Source: Trichoplax sp. H2
Lineage: Eukaryota
Assembly (NCBI GenBank): GCA_003344405.1
Contig: NOWV01000010.1
Coordinates: 372,001-436,000, forward strand
Length of the DNA: 64,000 bases
Direction of reading: 5' to 3'
Every line of letters starts with the position of its first letter. Within the stretch, counting starts at the first letter, position 1. Positions 26,497-38,696 of the stretch are shown piece after piece. A model generated the notes under the pieces. The model searched no databases and was not told the DNA's origin. It saw nothing but the letters and a program-made list of their open reading frames with translations. The translations under genes were made by a program, and so were the position numbers.

Positions 26497-29400
26497 TCAT
26501 TGTAACCTGGAGCACCGTTCTGATCCTTTTTCTGATGATTTTTCGAGTTTAGCAATTCGTGATCCGAACTGAATTGCTTTTTTTTCCAATTTTGATGATT
26601 GATGTAATCCTAATGATTGACCAACCTGTCTTAGTAACAATTTATCGCCAACTCCTTTGGGTAATCGTAAATCAGCCTAGCATTAAAAAGTAGCCGCAGC
26701 AATGTATGCTTTAGTAATCAAAGTATTTCAGTACATGTTCCAATTTACAAGTTATAATCTACAAAGCTTATCTAGGCTAGCAACCTTATTCCAAATAGGC
26801 AAACTATTCAGAAAAGATACAACGTTTTCATCAAGATAAGGGAATCTGGCCTCTCTATTGTGATCACTTATACACCTAATAATATTAAATGTGAAAGATA
26901 AAGGATCGCTGTAACATAAAAAGTGAAACAAAAAGAAACAAAATTTCGTACGTCTTTGATTGTTAGACAGCTATAACTTGCGTTAACGATCACTATAGCT
27001 TAGTAATATAATCTCAGCAAAAATAACGATATTAACCTGTCGTCACGTCCTAAATTGCGTGTAGATATACGTGAGATCTCCATTTCGACTTCTTTTACCA
27101 AACCTTCCCATCCATCTCTCCTATAAATGTGTCACAAAAACAGTTGACAAGAGAATGTCAAAGTCGTATCACACAATATCAACAAGTTTATCATACTAAA
27201 TGAACTAAAATAATTTAATCAACTTTCGCACATGAATCTCGTTCGATGTCTTGCATAACCGGCAAGCTGTTCGTCTGCTCCCATTCCTACAAGTAGAACC
27301 TGAAAAGTATGCACCGGTTAAAAAAACAGTATTAGTAGAAAGATAAATAAAAGTAGAAGATGATTGCAAATATACAGAGTATATTGTTACGTTAATTACT
27401 AGTTTGTACAATTAAAATACCTTCGCAGAACTACAGTAGGGTAAAAGTGAGCCCTTATCACAATCTCTAATGAATCCTCTTCCTCTAGCAGCAAACCATA
27501 TCGCACAGCCGATACTGTCATCTAAAACCGTTCGATGAGGATGGACTAGATGTTTGACGTGATTTTTCCTGAGTGATAAATGTAGTGCTTAAATCATATT
27601 CTATACACTTTAGATGTAAAATACTGTAAACAATCACAGTGTGTACTACTATATTAAAATATTTTATCTTATTTCTTACCGAACTTCCTGCAATTCTTCC
27701 GATGAAATATCGACCTAAAACAAACAGTTTAAATTAAATACATTATGATAATTATTATGTTACTTTACAATAATTTCTAAGATCCACAGAACTGTTCGCA
27801 AAAAGGCGGAAGCAAATTACCTCGATAAAATTCCACTGACGACGTACATTACTTCTACGCAGCTCTTGCAATACTTCTCTACCGCTAATGCGATCAGGAA
27901 CCTCAAATATACTATCACCTGAGTGATTCTTTGTAGCAAAAGCGACATTTATTAAATCTATCGATTCGCCACTTGGTATGTGCCTTAGTAAATTTATTAA
28001 AGATAATATATAAGACATGTACAATACTAGCTACAGATCGAATACTACAAATTTTATCTAAGAGAATATCTACCTATCCGCTAAAGCAGCTACTATGGCA
28101 GAATCGATACCTCCAGAGTATAATACTGCAATTCTAGCTTTACGACTGTGCTTAAGGCTCTGTTCTTCGTCAACATTCGCTAAATGTACACCACAATCAG
28201 GTGAGATACAGCAAACACGTTTTCTAACGGCCTCGCTAAGTATCGAATAAAAATTATCTACTAAGGATTTCTGATAGATTTCATCATCTGCATTGTAATT
28301 ATCTGAGGGAAGTTGTCGAAGAAAAGGCTTCAAATGATTTTTAATTTCCAAATTATCGTGTATGCTATACCAGCGACCAAACGCATCCTTAAATTCTGCT
28401 AATTCTTGCGGTTGCATACATTGTACTTCAAGATCGATCATGTTCAGCCTATAAGGACTATGCCATGGGTAAAGTTGAACCGATTGACTGTATTCAGTCA
28501 ATTGCATCCCACCATTAGCTACATTCAGTCGCGTTAGATTAAGGCAAAAAATCCCGAGTGCGGGAAGTTCAAACCATTCCTGTGAAATGTACGTGCTGAT
28601 ATCAATAGTTGTACTTTTACAGCGAATTAGTAAGACATCAGGTTTACAGGAAAAAATTTTTTAAATCTACTAACATATTCGCTACATTTTGGGGCTACGG
28701 AAGAGAGTGCAAAGTAATCATTTTCATTAATCGGTAAATGAACAAGTAAGCTACGTCTACCAAATATATCACGTCCAAACCATAAAAGATTGCTAGCTGC
28801 CTAAGGTGAAAAATAGAATATCGATTACAAGAATAGGATGTACTTTCGATACCTCAATAACTATGATAAATAATTAATGAAAAGTTCATATGGCACAATT
28901 ATTAATTATTATCTTAGGACTATACTGCATAGTGTTAAGTCAATTAATATAGTAGCATGGCATTTCATTTTCATGCAAACAGTAATTTAAGTCCTTTGAG
29001 ATGAACGTGCCTTGGTGTGTTTAATGTTAGTACGCGTATTTCTATGACAATAATTGGCAGCACTACAGCTACAAGTTACTATAAAACCGGTATTATACTT
29101 TGTTTAAATCATCACAGCGTAATATCGGTTACCTATAGTCACAGTACTAAAGTCTAGTCAGTTGATTACCTGATAATATATAAATGCATATGGTCCATCT
29201 ATTTTCGAAAACGCATTTAAAATATCCTTTACTGCAGCACCACTTGCTTGTAAATAATTTAGCAAGCTCATAGTATCGCTTTCAGTTTCTTCGACCTAAC
29301 ATAATGGATGAATGTCACTTACGAATTTCAGCCTGTTTGTCAAAAGCTTATTCGTATCATATCGAAATTTTTTAAACCTCTAGGCCTCCAAATATTTCCC

Positions 29401-29855
29401 CATTCCATAATAATACATTTCCGTTAGCATCGATAGCCGGCTGGCATCCTAATTTCTCTCCTCTAAGATGTAGCACACAGCCATGAAAGTTCATCGTTTT
29501 GCTAGTACCATTGACACGGATATCATGAAAGCCTTGATAATCAGATCCTCTTCGCGCAATGAGTTGGAGGGCCTTCTCATAATATGGCTGTCCATTACAT
29601 AGAAGCAAGCAATGCCGTAATTATAAATTTTTCGATTAAAGTTAAAATTATGGAGGTCAACCGAAATGATAAGGTTCTATCATTGTAAGCAGCTGTAAAT
29701 AGCCTGTAATAACATCGAATGACAGGAGCATTACATTTTTACATGCAATGCATAATGAATTGCAGTGCTGTACATTTACACGAATGCGAGTGTACAATTC
29801 ATACCTTAAACTCTGTTGCATGACTAAATTGCAGCCAAAAGCAAATACCGCACAT
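26497..29855 (-). CDS. ASNSD1: Asparagine synthetase domain-containing protein 1, multi-exon
   Basis: N-terminal MCGIC (Ntn fold), [44 protein letters not shown]-loop, [33 protein letters not shown] and [12 protein letters not shown]. Stop TGA at 26497-26499. Confidence 0.95.
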
Positions 29856-30027
29856 GCTGAGATTGCGTTTGTTAATGACTTTGCAGACGCATTCCAAATT
29901 TTCTGCAGCATTGAATGAAAAAGTGATTGGAAAGAGCTCGGTAACTACGGATACTACAACAACGGACGTACGGACTAATTGCACCTGGCGCACTCTGGTA
30001 TCATACGATATTTCGAACGAAATCGAT

Positions 30028-30220
30028 TGTAGTACTAAATACAGTACACTGTACAGTAGGCTGGGACTCAGGTGTTTGCTTCGATCACAAACCGGTGGCG
30101 CATACTGTACACTGTACAGTACAGTAGGAGGTTTGGATACTGTACCAAGTACTGTATTGTACAGTATGTACTGTAAAGTATAGTGGTACAGTACTGTATT
30201 CTGTAGTCTAATGCAGTACA
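30028..30220. promoter_or_regulatory. CAGTA/TACTG pentamer cluster in the divergent ASNSD1/GET3 promoter
   Basis: acagtacactgtacagta, tactgtacactgtacagtacagta, agtactgtattgtacagtatgtactgta and gtacagtactgta lie between the two start codons (29855 and 30536). Confidence 0.65.
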
Positions 30221-30535
30221 ACTCGATCTCTGTTTAGCAAAAGAGCAGTTGAGAGAATTCGATTTTGCAGTAAATTATCCTGCATAATTTTCTACAGTTA
30301 ATTTTTTGCCCAAGTATCACTGTGATACTTGCAAAACGTCATGTAAGCGTGATTTACTAACTAGATCTTTTACTGTATATTCGGCTTAAAATTAGAATAC
30401 GTAGATGATGAGGATGATGATGTTAATTCATTGCATTTTTATCTGGCCTCATTTGATTTTATGTTGAATTGATCGCAGATACCTCCACAACATCAGCGAG
30501 TACTTACAAGATTCTACTGTTGTAATTTCATCATC

Positions 30536-32915
30536 ATGGCAAGTTATGCTCAAGAAGAGGACGAGTTTCAGGAATGTTACGAACCTTTAGAGCCAACATT
30601 ACGAAATGTTATTGATCAGTCTTCGTTACGCTGGATATTCGTTGGTGGTAAAGGCGGTGTTGGAAAGACAACATGTAGGCAAGTATTTGAATAATCAAAA
30701 AGGAGCTTCTTCCTTGCTAAGCCGTCATGCAATACAATTGTCAACCGATTTACTGCGTGTTAGTAAAGTATACTTTATGGCTGATATTATCTTGATAATG
30801 AATAATGATAGAGTAGTGATGAAATAGTATTCGTTAGTTAAAATAGCAATTCCAGTCTGGTATCTTTTACAACCTACTGTATGTACAGTACTAAAATATT
30901 TGCAAGAGCTTTTGAATATAATCAGATGTGAATTTATCCAATGTAATGGTCTTTCCTACGTATGGTAGAATGTCGCTTTTAAAATTGTACATCTGAAGCA
31001 GTTCCTTGTAATTTGTTAGATAGATAAGTGAACTTCATCTTTGCTATGTATTAGCAGATTGATAGAATAGCTAAGGCTGCCTCTTCAGTACTGTCGTCTA
31101 TCTAGTGTGTCCCCTCTAAAGTATTATGATATGATCTTTATGAAAGGATAAGAGAGCACACCTGAAGCGGACAGTATGGTATTAGCCATAGCAACTAAAC
31201 ATGCCGAGTACACAATATCAAAGTAGTCTACAGTTAAGCTAAGCCGCTATCTAACGTAGATGTATATACTGTACATAGCATTACTTAGGCTATGCAATTG
31301 TAAATTTTGGATCGTTAGTACCACTATCAGTATTACTACAATATCATTAGCGTATTTCTAATTTTCTGTACTTTGCACACTTTAGTTGTAGCTTAGCAAT
31401 ACAGCTAGCCAAAGTTCGTGACTCCGTTTTAATTGTTTCCACCGATCCGGCCCACAATATCTCTGATACCTTTGGCCAAAAATTTACTGGCGAAGCAACG
31501 CCAGTAAACGGATTCAACAATTTGTTCGCTATGGTAAAAAAATTCCTATGATTTGTCAATAGATAATGTAATGTTGCGATAATATGGCCACTTTCTTGAA
31601 TGTATGTATTCGACTATATTATATCTTGTCTATTCATGTATAGGAAATCAACCCAGCATCAACTCTTGATAACGTGACAAGTAAGAATTTGTACATATTA
31701 AAGCTTGTCTTCGATTTAAATCGGTTCTGTTCGTCAGTATATTGTTTTCCGTCAGTCAATCGATATCTTCTCATTAAATGGTGTATAGTATGTACACGAA
31801 TTCATAGATGGATCCTTATCTTACAGATAATTCTAGCAATCCACTTATAAAAAATTTGATGAGTTCTATTCCTGGGATTGATGAAGCCTTTGGTTTTATG
31901 GAAGTTCTAAAGTACGTAAATGCTTGAATAACAAAATCTGACCTATTCTCAAGTATATTTAATAGGCTACAATTATGTTTTTCTTATTTTTTAATAGTTT
32001 AATTAAAGACTATAACTTCTCTGTCGTGGTATTCGATACTGCCCCTACTGGCCATACTTTGCGATTTTTATCCCTTCCGAAGACATTTGAGGGAATCCTC
32101 CCAATGTTTTCAGGTTCTGCAGCACAACAGTCAGTCGTTAATCAGGTAAATTAAAATGAAATTGATACACTGGCTGTTATTTAATAGTCAACATATTGAT
32201 CTACAATATTTCATTCATTAGTTTGCTAGTCTTATGGGGTTTAAATCACTTGGTGAAGGAGATAATGTTCACACAGCTATGCCGCTAATCCAATCCGTTA
32301 GTGAACAGTTTAGAGATCCTGTAAGCAACGCGCCCTTTATTATCTATGATTTCTGTTGCTGTTATTTCTATACAATGTTAATGGTAATGGTAATCTTTCT
32401 GTATTATAACCAGGAATTAACTACCTTTGTTTGCGTGTGTATTGCTGAATTTCTTTCACTATACGAAACTGAGAGACTAGTTCAAGAATTGTCAAAGTTT
32501 GGCATTGACACTCATAATGTTATCGTAAATCAACTTGTCTTTCCATCGACAGGTAAATCTGTACTGTACTTACGCAAAAATAATTAAATACTGCAGTCTT
32601 GATCGGCAATGTTATATTCACCTAATATTAATTAATTCTGTTATACAGACAAAAGTTGCGAATTATGTTCCGCTCGCCAAAAGATCCAAAAGAAGTATCT
32701 TGATCAGGTACGAACGATAGTGATGTAATACATTTTCAGCTCAACTTACTATTTCTTAATAAAATGATATTGCTATAATACCTCTATAGATTATCGACCT
32801 ATACGAAGACTTTCATATTATTAAACTCCCCTTATTACCCCATGAAGTACGAGGATCAAACCATTTAAGAATGTTTTCAGAGTACCTGTTTAAAGGCTAT
32901 TCGGTATCGTCATGA
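30536..32915 (+). CDS. GET3: GET3/ASNA1/TRC40 ATPase for tail-anchored protein targeting, multi-exon
   Basis: [77 protein letters not shown] zinc motif and [23 protein letters not shown] at 32913-32915. Confidence 0.97.
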
Positions 32916-35042
32916 TGTCTATCATAGAAAACGCACAAGTTAACAATCGCCTTCGTAAACTATTTCTTACGGAGACACCGTTGTTAAATCGATACTTTCT
33001 GAGATCTCCAGATGAAATTAAAACTATTTATGTTTTCATTTAATCAGATTATTACTTATAATTGGTAAATACAATTCATCAGATAAAGATGCAGCAAAGT
33101 ATTAAAATATCTATAAACGAATATATAGTATGATTACTGGTATAAAATTGTGTAATATTTTTCTTATATGGATGTCAAATAGTATAAGTCTGTTGTATTA
33201 TCACTTGTAGATAATTCTGAGTAGCGTGCGTGTACACTGTACATTACTGTATTGTGAAATAAGTTTCAATGCAATGCTTGGCATGATTAACACTGATGTT
33301 TTACTGCCTGCATCATTTTTGATAGCAGCGACAAAAAGCGCATGTAATGTGTTCATAGTGTAACACCACGGCAAATGGACAAATATGATGTGTAAATGAA
33401 ATCATTTGTTTAATTGCACAAGTATTTTAGTAGTCATAGGAAAGAAAGAATTGATATAATTAAATTCTTACAAATATCCAGTATACTTATATAATGCAAG
33501 AAATTTAATAATTTGCTATACTGAATATGTATATGCGTTCTTGCTTTGTACAACTACCATGAGCATATTAAAATTAATTAGTGAAATAGCATAAGCTCTT
33601 TCTACTGACTACGGTTATACTGACATTCAACACCGTATATTGTCACTGTCAGTTGTAACGATGCTGTAATTAACCATGTGTAATTTCCTTCGTTACAGTT
33701 TCGCACAAAAATTCGTGAGATATTTAATATAAGAATTTATCACTAACTGAAATTCATTCGTAATTAGCCGGTAAGCATACGCTGCCGCCAATGGATAGTT
33801 TTCTTTCGTTTTACTTTAAAGCATAATCGACCCTGATACGTTAGATCTAGTCTTAATGCAACGCCAGTCATTTAAGGTATGTTCACTGACGATTAATTTT
33901 AAATTAAATAAAGTTCGAGCTAATGCTGAGTATATACACTTACGAAATTGTGTCATAGTGTCATCATAGATTCATACTCATCCAATGCTAGCGCTGTATA
34001 CTCGTACACATATACATTGATCGTGCCAATTATAAATTATTAGAGAAAGATATTCTTTTGATCATCGAGCTAAAAGAACTATCTAGGGTTATCCCTTGTA
34101 TAGCACGAATAATAACTCTATTTCGGAATTAAAACGCATGCTGCACTGCATAGTTGAGAGCGTTATATACATTAACTTGATGGGCAATTGTAAGGATTTT
34201 TTTAATATTAGATTGATAAAGAAATGTTGAGCATCTCAACTGCCAATCTAAAAATTTCTAATAATAATACAATGCCCAGAATATCGAAATTATAAATAAA
34301 ACTAAACTATCCAATAAACATGAATGGATTGCTGTCCTTATCCAAAAATCTCTATTTTAAAATGGGACTAATTACTATTAAATAACATAGCCAGCGTTAT
34401 AGAACCATACTAAGAGGTCAATAATTGTAAAAGGAATTATTATAACCTTTATTTTTCAAATGGTAATTGTTTACGAAGTGGAAGTAAGCCATATTATGCA
34501 TCATTGCATCGTTGTAGCTTTTATCTAACTTGATGCAGTACTTTTACCGTGTTTCTACCTAGTTAATATGGTACAGTCGAGCGTCACAGATAAATATATA
34601 ATGTGTGTGTAATACTATTATACCATAGTTGAACGTGTTCGGTCTGCGTATTTCACGCAGGCAGATCGGCGAGTAACTAACTTAGACACTGATCAAATGT
34701 CGATAGTGCCTATCATTTCCCTCCTTCAGATATTATAGCTATATCACTGGCAATATGTAGATCGTCAAAGGATATTATAGAAAACGATGGGTTAAATTCA
34801 TCATAATTTGCATCTAAAAAGAAATCCTTACCTTACCATATGTCAGTAATTATTTTATTACAGCGTGGTCAATTATCATACAGGTATTAATTAGTATCCA
34901 TTAGATTAGATAAAACACAGTCAAAGACTAGTTGGGATTATCAACGTAAGCAAATTTTGCATCAAGGATTTCGTCCATCTATCGAATCGAATTTCATAAA
35001 TATCCATAGAATTTGGTACACTGTGCTTCGATCTCTATCAAC

Positions 35043-37223
35043 ATGGATATTTTGATCCATAAATTGACTTGCTCAAGTTGCGGAAATATCTTTAATGAGC
35101 CAAAGATTCTTCCATGCCTACATACTTTTTGTAAAAATTGCATAGAGGCATTTATGGCTGAAGGAAGTGCATTTTGTCCCGTCTGTAACAAGAAAATAGG
35201 TATGAGGCATATTGATGAATTATCTGATAATGTCTTTTTACATAGCGCTTTTGATATGCTGGCGTTAATGAAAGATAGAGAATCTTTTAATTGCGACGTT
35301 TGTGATCCTGGTGATAGTAATAGTGTAGCTTTCTTTCGTTGTCCTGAGTGTATGCAATATTTATGCGAGCTGCATGGTAGTGCTCATTTAAAAGCAAGAG
35401 CTACTAAATCTCATCAGTTATTCACTATTGATCAACTTCTCTCCAGTTGGAATTTGGCCCATCTTAATCGCCCCGCTTGCTGTAGTCAGCATTTTAAAGA
35501 ACATTTATCAAGTTTTTGTGAGCAATGCGACTACCCAGTATGCAATATATGCATAGTTAATGAACACAAAGGACATCCTCATATGGCTATTGATCATGCT
35601 AGCAATATTTTCAAACCTACAACAAGTAATTTAATCGGAGAAGCTAAACCTCGTATCATAGAACTGCGCGATGCTATTTCTGGAATTGAAGAAATGTGTA
35701 AGAATATTAGCGAAAATGCTGATTTAGCTCTTGATGATATCGAGGAATGCTTCAATAGACAAATTAACACCTTAATGGAGCGTCGAAAGCAACTAGTAAC
35801 CGAAGTTCAGACCTGCAGAATGGAACGACTAGAAGCTTTACATGAACAACGAGATAGGTTACAAATGCGACTGTTAAGTGTGAGTGAGATGTACAGTTTT
35901 GTAAATGATGCCGTTAAAAACGGCAATGCTGCAGATTATTTGGATATCAAAAATGCAATTAACGAACAACTTCAAGCAATCATCAAGCATAAAGAAGAAT
36001 TAGATGTTGTTGAAGAAGACTATATAGCATTTCATCCTAACGATATTGCTACTCAGGTAGCAATTAAATTCCTCGGCTATATCGATACACGCTATGCTTA
36101 TCCTCCTTTATGTACAGCAGAAGGTCCCGGCTTAGAAATAGCTAGAAGAGTCGAGCCTACTGTCTTTACAGTGTTAACGAAAGATAAAAAAGGTAAACTA
36201 TTAACTCGTGGCAGTGACAACATTGAGGTTATCATTGAAGGGAAAGGGAGAAAAGATGTACAAATTATCGACAATGAAGATGGAAGTTATACAGTAACTT
36301 ATATTCCAATACCAATTAGTGAAAATGTTGTTCATATATATGTGAAAGGTCTACCAATTTTAGGGAGTCCTTTTAGAGTTCCCTTTAATGTACGTGATTA
36401 CACAAATATTACTTCGCCATTAATTATATTAGGTAGATATGGACTCAATATAGGTGAATTTCGTTCACCATCTGGGGTCGCTATTGACGATAAGAGGTGC
36501 CTACTAGCTGTTTGCGATCGAGATAATATTAGAATCCAAATATTTGATTTAGCTAGTTATGAGCATGTCAGTAGTATCGATGTTTCAGGTCATATGCAAG
36601 ATGGCCCATTCGACATTGCTATTGATGGCAAAGGTCGTTTATTAACAACTGATCCAAAAGGCAATGGTATATTTGTCTTCGATGGTGATGGAAATATGTT
36701 ATATAAAATTGGAAGCCGAGGGCAAGAAGCTGGCCAATTTGGCGGGCTATGTTATATTGCTGTTGATAATGCAAATAATATCTATATCTGTGATAGCGAT
36801 AATTCCCGCATCCAAGTATTTGAAGAAAGGGGTACTCTAGTAGACTGCTATGGTAACTATGGAAATGAAATGAGACAATTTAATTTGCCCGCGGGTATTT
36901 CAATAGGATCGAATGGCAATATCTATATCGCCGATCGAGGCAATCATCGTATACAAATTCTGGATTCTAATGGTCAATTTATTCATGCATTTGGCGTAAG
37001 AGGTAGTCTTAATGGAGAATTCGATTTTCCTCATGGCATAGCAACAGATGTTCAAAATAACGTTATTGTTGCCGATCATTACAATACTAGGTTGCAAATT
37101 TTTAATTCAGAAGGAGAGATTATACATAAAATTGATAACATCATCTTACCACATTGTGTCGCCTGTGATCGATGTGGACATATTTATGTTACAACTAAGG
37201 ATAATAGGATTTATGTATTTTAG
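35043..37223 (+). CDS. TRIM-NHL E3 ligase (RING, two B-boxes, coiled coil, filamin, six NHL repeats; TRIM71/lin-41/TRIM2-like architecture), single coding exon
   Basis: C3HC4 RING CSSC...LPCLHTFCKNC...CPVC; B-box1 CDVC...CPECMQYLCELH; B-box2 CSQH...FCEQCDYPVCNIC..EHKGH; filamin DNEDGSYTVTY...GSPF; NHL repeats F..P.G.A...D..N.RIQ. First ATG at 35043. Confidence 0.93.
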   Translation: MDILIHKLTCSSCGNIFNEPKILPCLHTFCKNCIEAFMAEGSAFCPVCNKKIGMRHIDELSDNVFLHSAFDMLALMKDRESFNCDVCDPGDSNSVAFFRCPECMQYLCELHGSAHLKARATKSHQLFTIDQLLSSWNLAHLNRPACCSQHFKEHLSSFCEQCDYPVCNICIVNEHKGHPHMAIDHASNIFKPTTSNLIGEAKPRIIELRDAISGIEEMCKNISENADLALDDIEECFNRQINTLMERRKQLVTEVQTCRMERLEALHEQRDRLQMRLLSVSEMYSFVNDAVKNGNAADYLDIKNAINEQLQAIIKHKEELDVVEEDYIAFHPNDIATQVAIKFLGYIDTRYAYPPLCTAEGPGLEIARRVEPTVFTVLTKDKKGKLLTRGSDNIEVIIEGKGRKDVQIIDNEDGSYTVTYIPIPISENVVHIYVKGLPILGSPFRVPFNVRDYTNITSPLIILGRYGLNIGEFRSPSGVAIDDKRCLLAVCDRDNIRIQIFDLASYEHVSSIDVSGHMQDGPFDIAIDGKGRLLTTDPKGNGIFVFDGDGNMLYKIGSRGQEAGQFGGLCYIAVDNANNIYICDSDNSRIQVFEERGTLVDCYGNYGNEMRQFNLPAGISIGSNGNIYIADRGNHRIQILDSNGQFIHAFGVRGSLNGEFDFPHGIATDVQNNVIVADHYNTRLQIFNSEGEIIHKIDNIILPHCVACDRCGHIYVTTKDNRIYVF

Positions 37224-38696
37224 CACAGTAAAATAATATTGAAAGCTACTTAAATTAACAATCATCAAATCTTTGTGGTAATGTAATAACATGATAACAA
37301 TCATGGTTAATAATAATGCGATGTTTAGTAGTGCTATACAATACAGCAAAACAGTAGTAAGCACAGATTTTGGTAGACTGCCAGCAAGATATGTTCAAAA
37401 CACTTATACTTAGTATGTAATTTTATTTCGTTGCATAATAGCAACAGCGATCTTATAAAAATAATAATGCATGATCTCCATTGTAATTAAATGATATATT
37501 TTATCATTTCCAATCTTGATGTTCCTTTTCGCCCGTAGCTACGGTAGAGTTACGAGATATAGCTCTGTTTGTTTTTCTAAGATAATCATTTCGTTTAACA
37601 ACACTTTCGGTGTATTAAATTCCTATTATATGATATTTTATCAATTGATTGCATTTCATGCAAGCGTATCACAAACCTCGATTAAAAAGTTATTTGATTA
37701 AATGTATAACATTTGCAGGATATAACTGATTAATAGATAGATTTTTATGATGTTTTGACGTAAAGGTATGGTCCTACTAATATTTTCTTACGACATTGCG
37801 ATACAAGGCTGCTTACAACTCGCAGGGAGATCATTGTATGATTAGCGTTAGCTTATTCGCAAGCTTTATAAAAGAATTTACCATAAGAAAATATCAGCTA
37901 ATCAGATTAGTTTCAAGATACATTATATTAATGATTTTACGACACAAAAAAATTGTTAAACCAAAGATAAACACTATTTTGGGGATTTAGGCTTACTTCA
38001 AGTTGTAGCAAATAAGGTGCCAGCTAAATTAGTTCCGAGAGCAAGTCAAGAGATATTACGGCTAATAATATAATTATTATAATAGCAGCTAATTTTACGC
38101 TACAGTACATGCTGTTCAGTGCTTATACAAATCTAAACACAATTTGCAACTTTATGACTCTTTACACGCCCATTAACTGACAATTACTGTAGTGAAGAAG
38201 GTATCGAATCTGGATTAAAAAAGAATTAAAGAAAGCATTATATGAAGTGTACTAAAGTATTCTATATTTTATAGTCTGCCCTGTATTACAATCTGTGAAA
38301 TTTGTTATATCATATTAGCATCATAGAGCCAATCATTGAGCACACAATATACAGCAGTGATATCATTTACACCAAAGACAATCTTTATGAGACAATTATA
38401 TCAGACCAAGAAAAATAAAATTATGTGTAAACATTAGAATCGCACTTATAATAAGAAAATATTAGAAATAGCAACAGCAATGAAAAATTTAAATTTTCTA
38501 AAATATATACAGCTCAAGTAAAATCAATTATGAGTAATTATAGTAACAAAGTTGCAATAATGTAACATAGTGAATCGATAGCTAATAGAGATAATAACAT
38601 TGTAAATATAAATACATCACAAGAATCTCAATGCGGTCGTCGATGGTTTTCTCTCACGAACTGACAACGGTGACATGCTATACTGTAAATGTTAAA

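Noticed and set aside
29657-29911. 84-aa ORF overlapping the ASNSD1 start as a possible ASDURF homologue
   Set aside because: It shows no prefoldin-like coiled-coil similarity, and its ATG probably lies within a 5'UTR intron acceptor.
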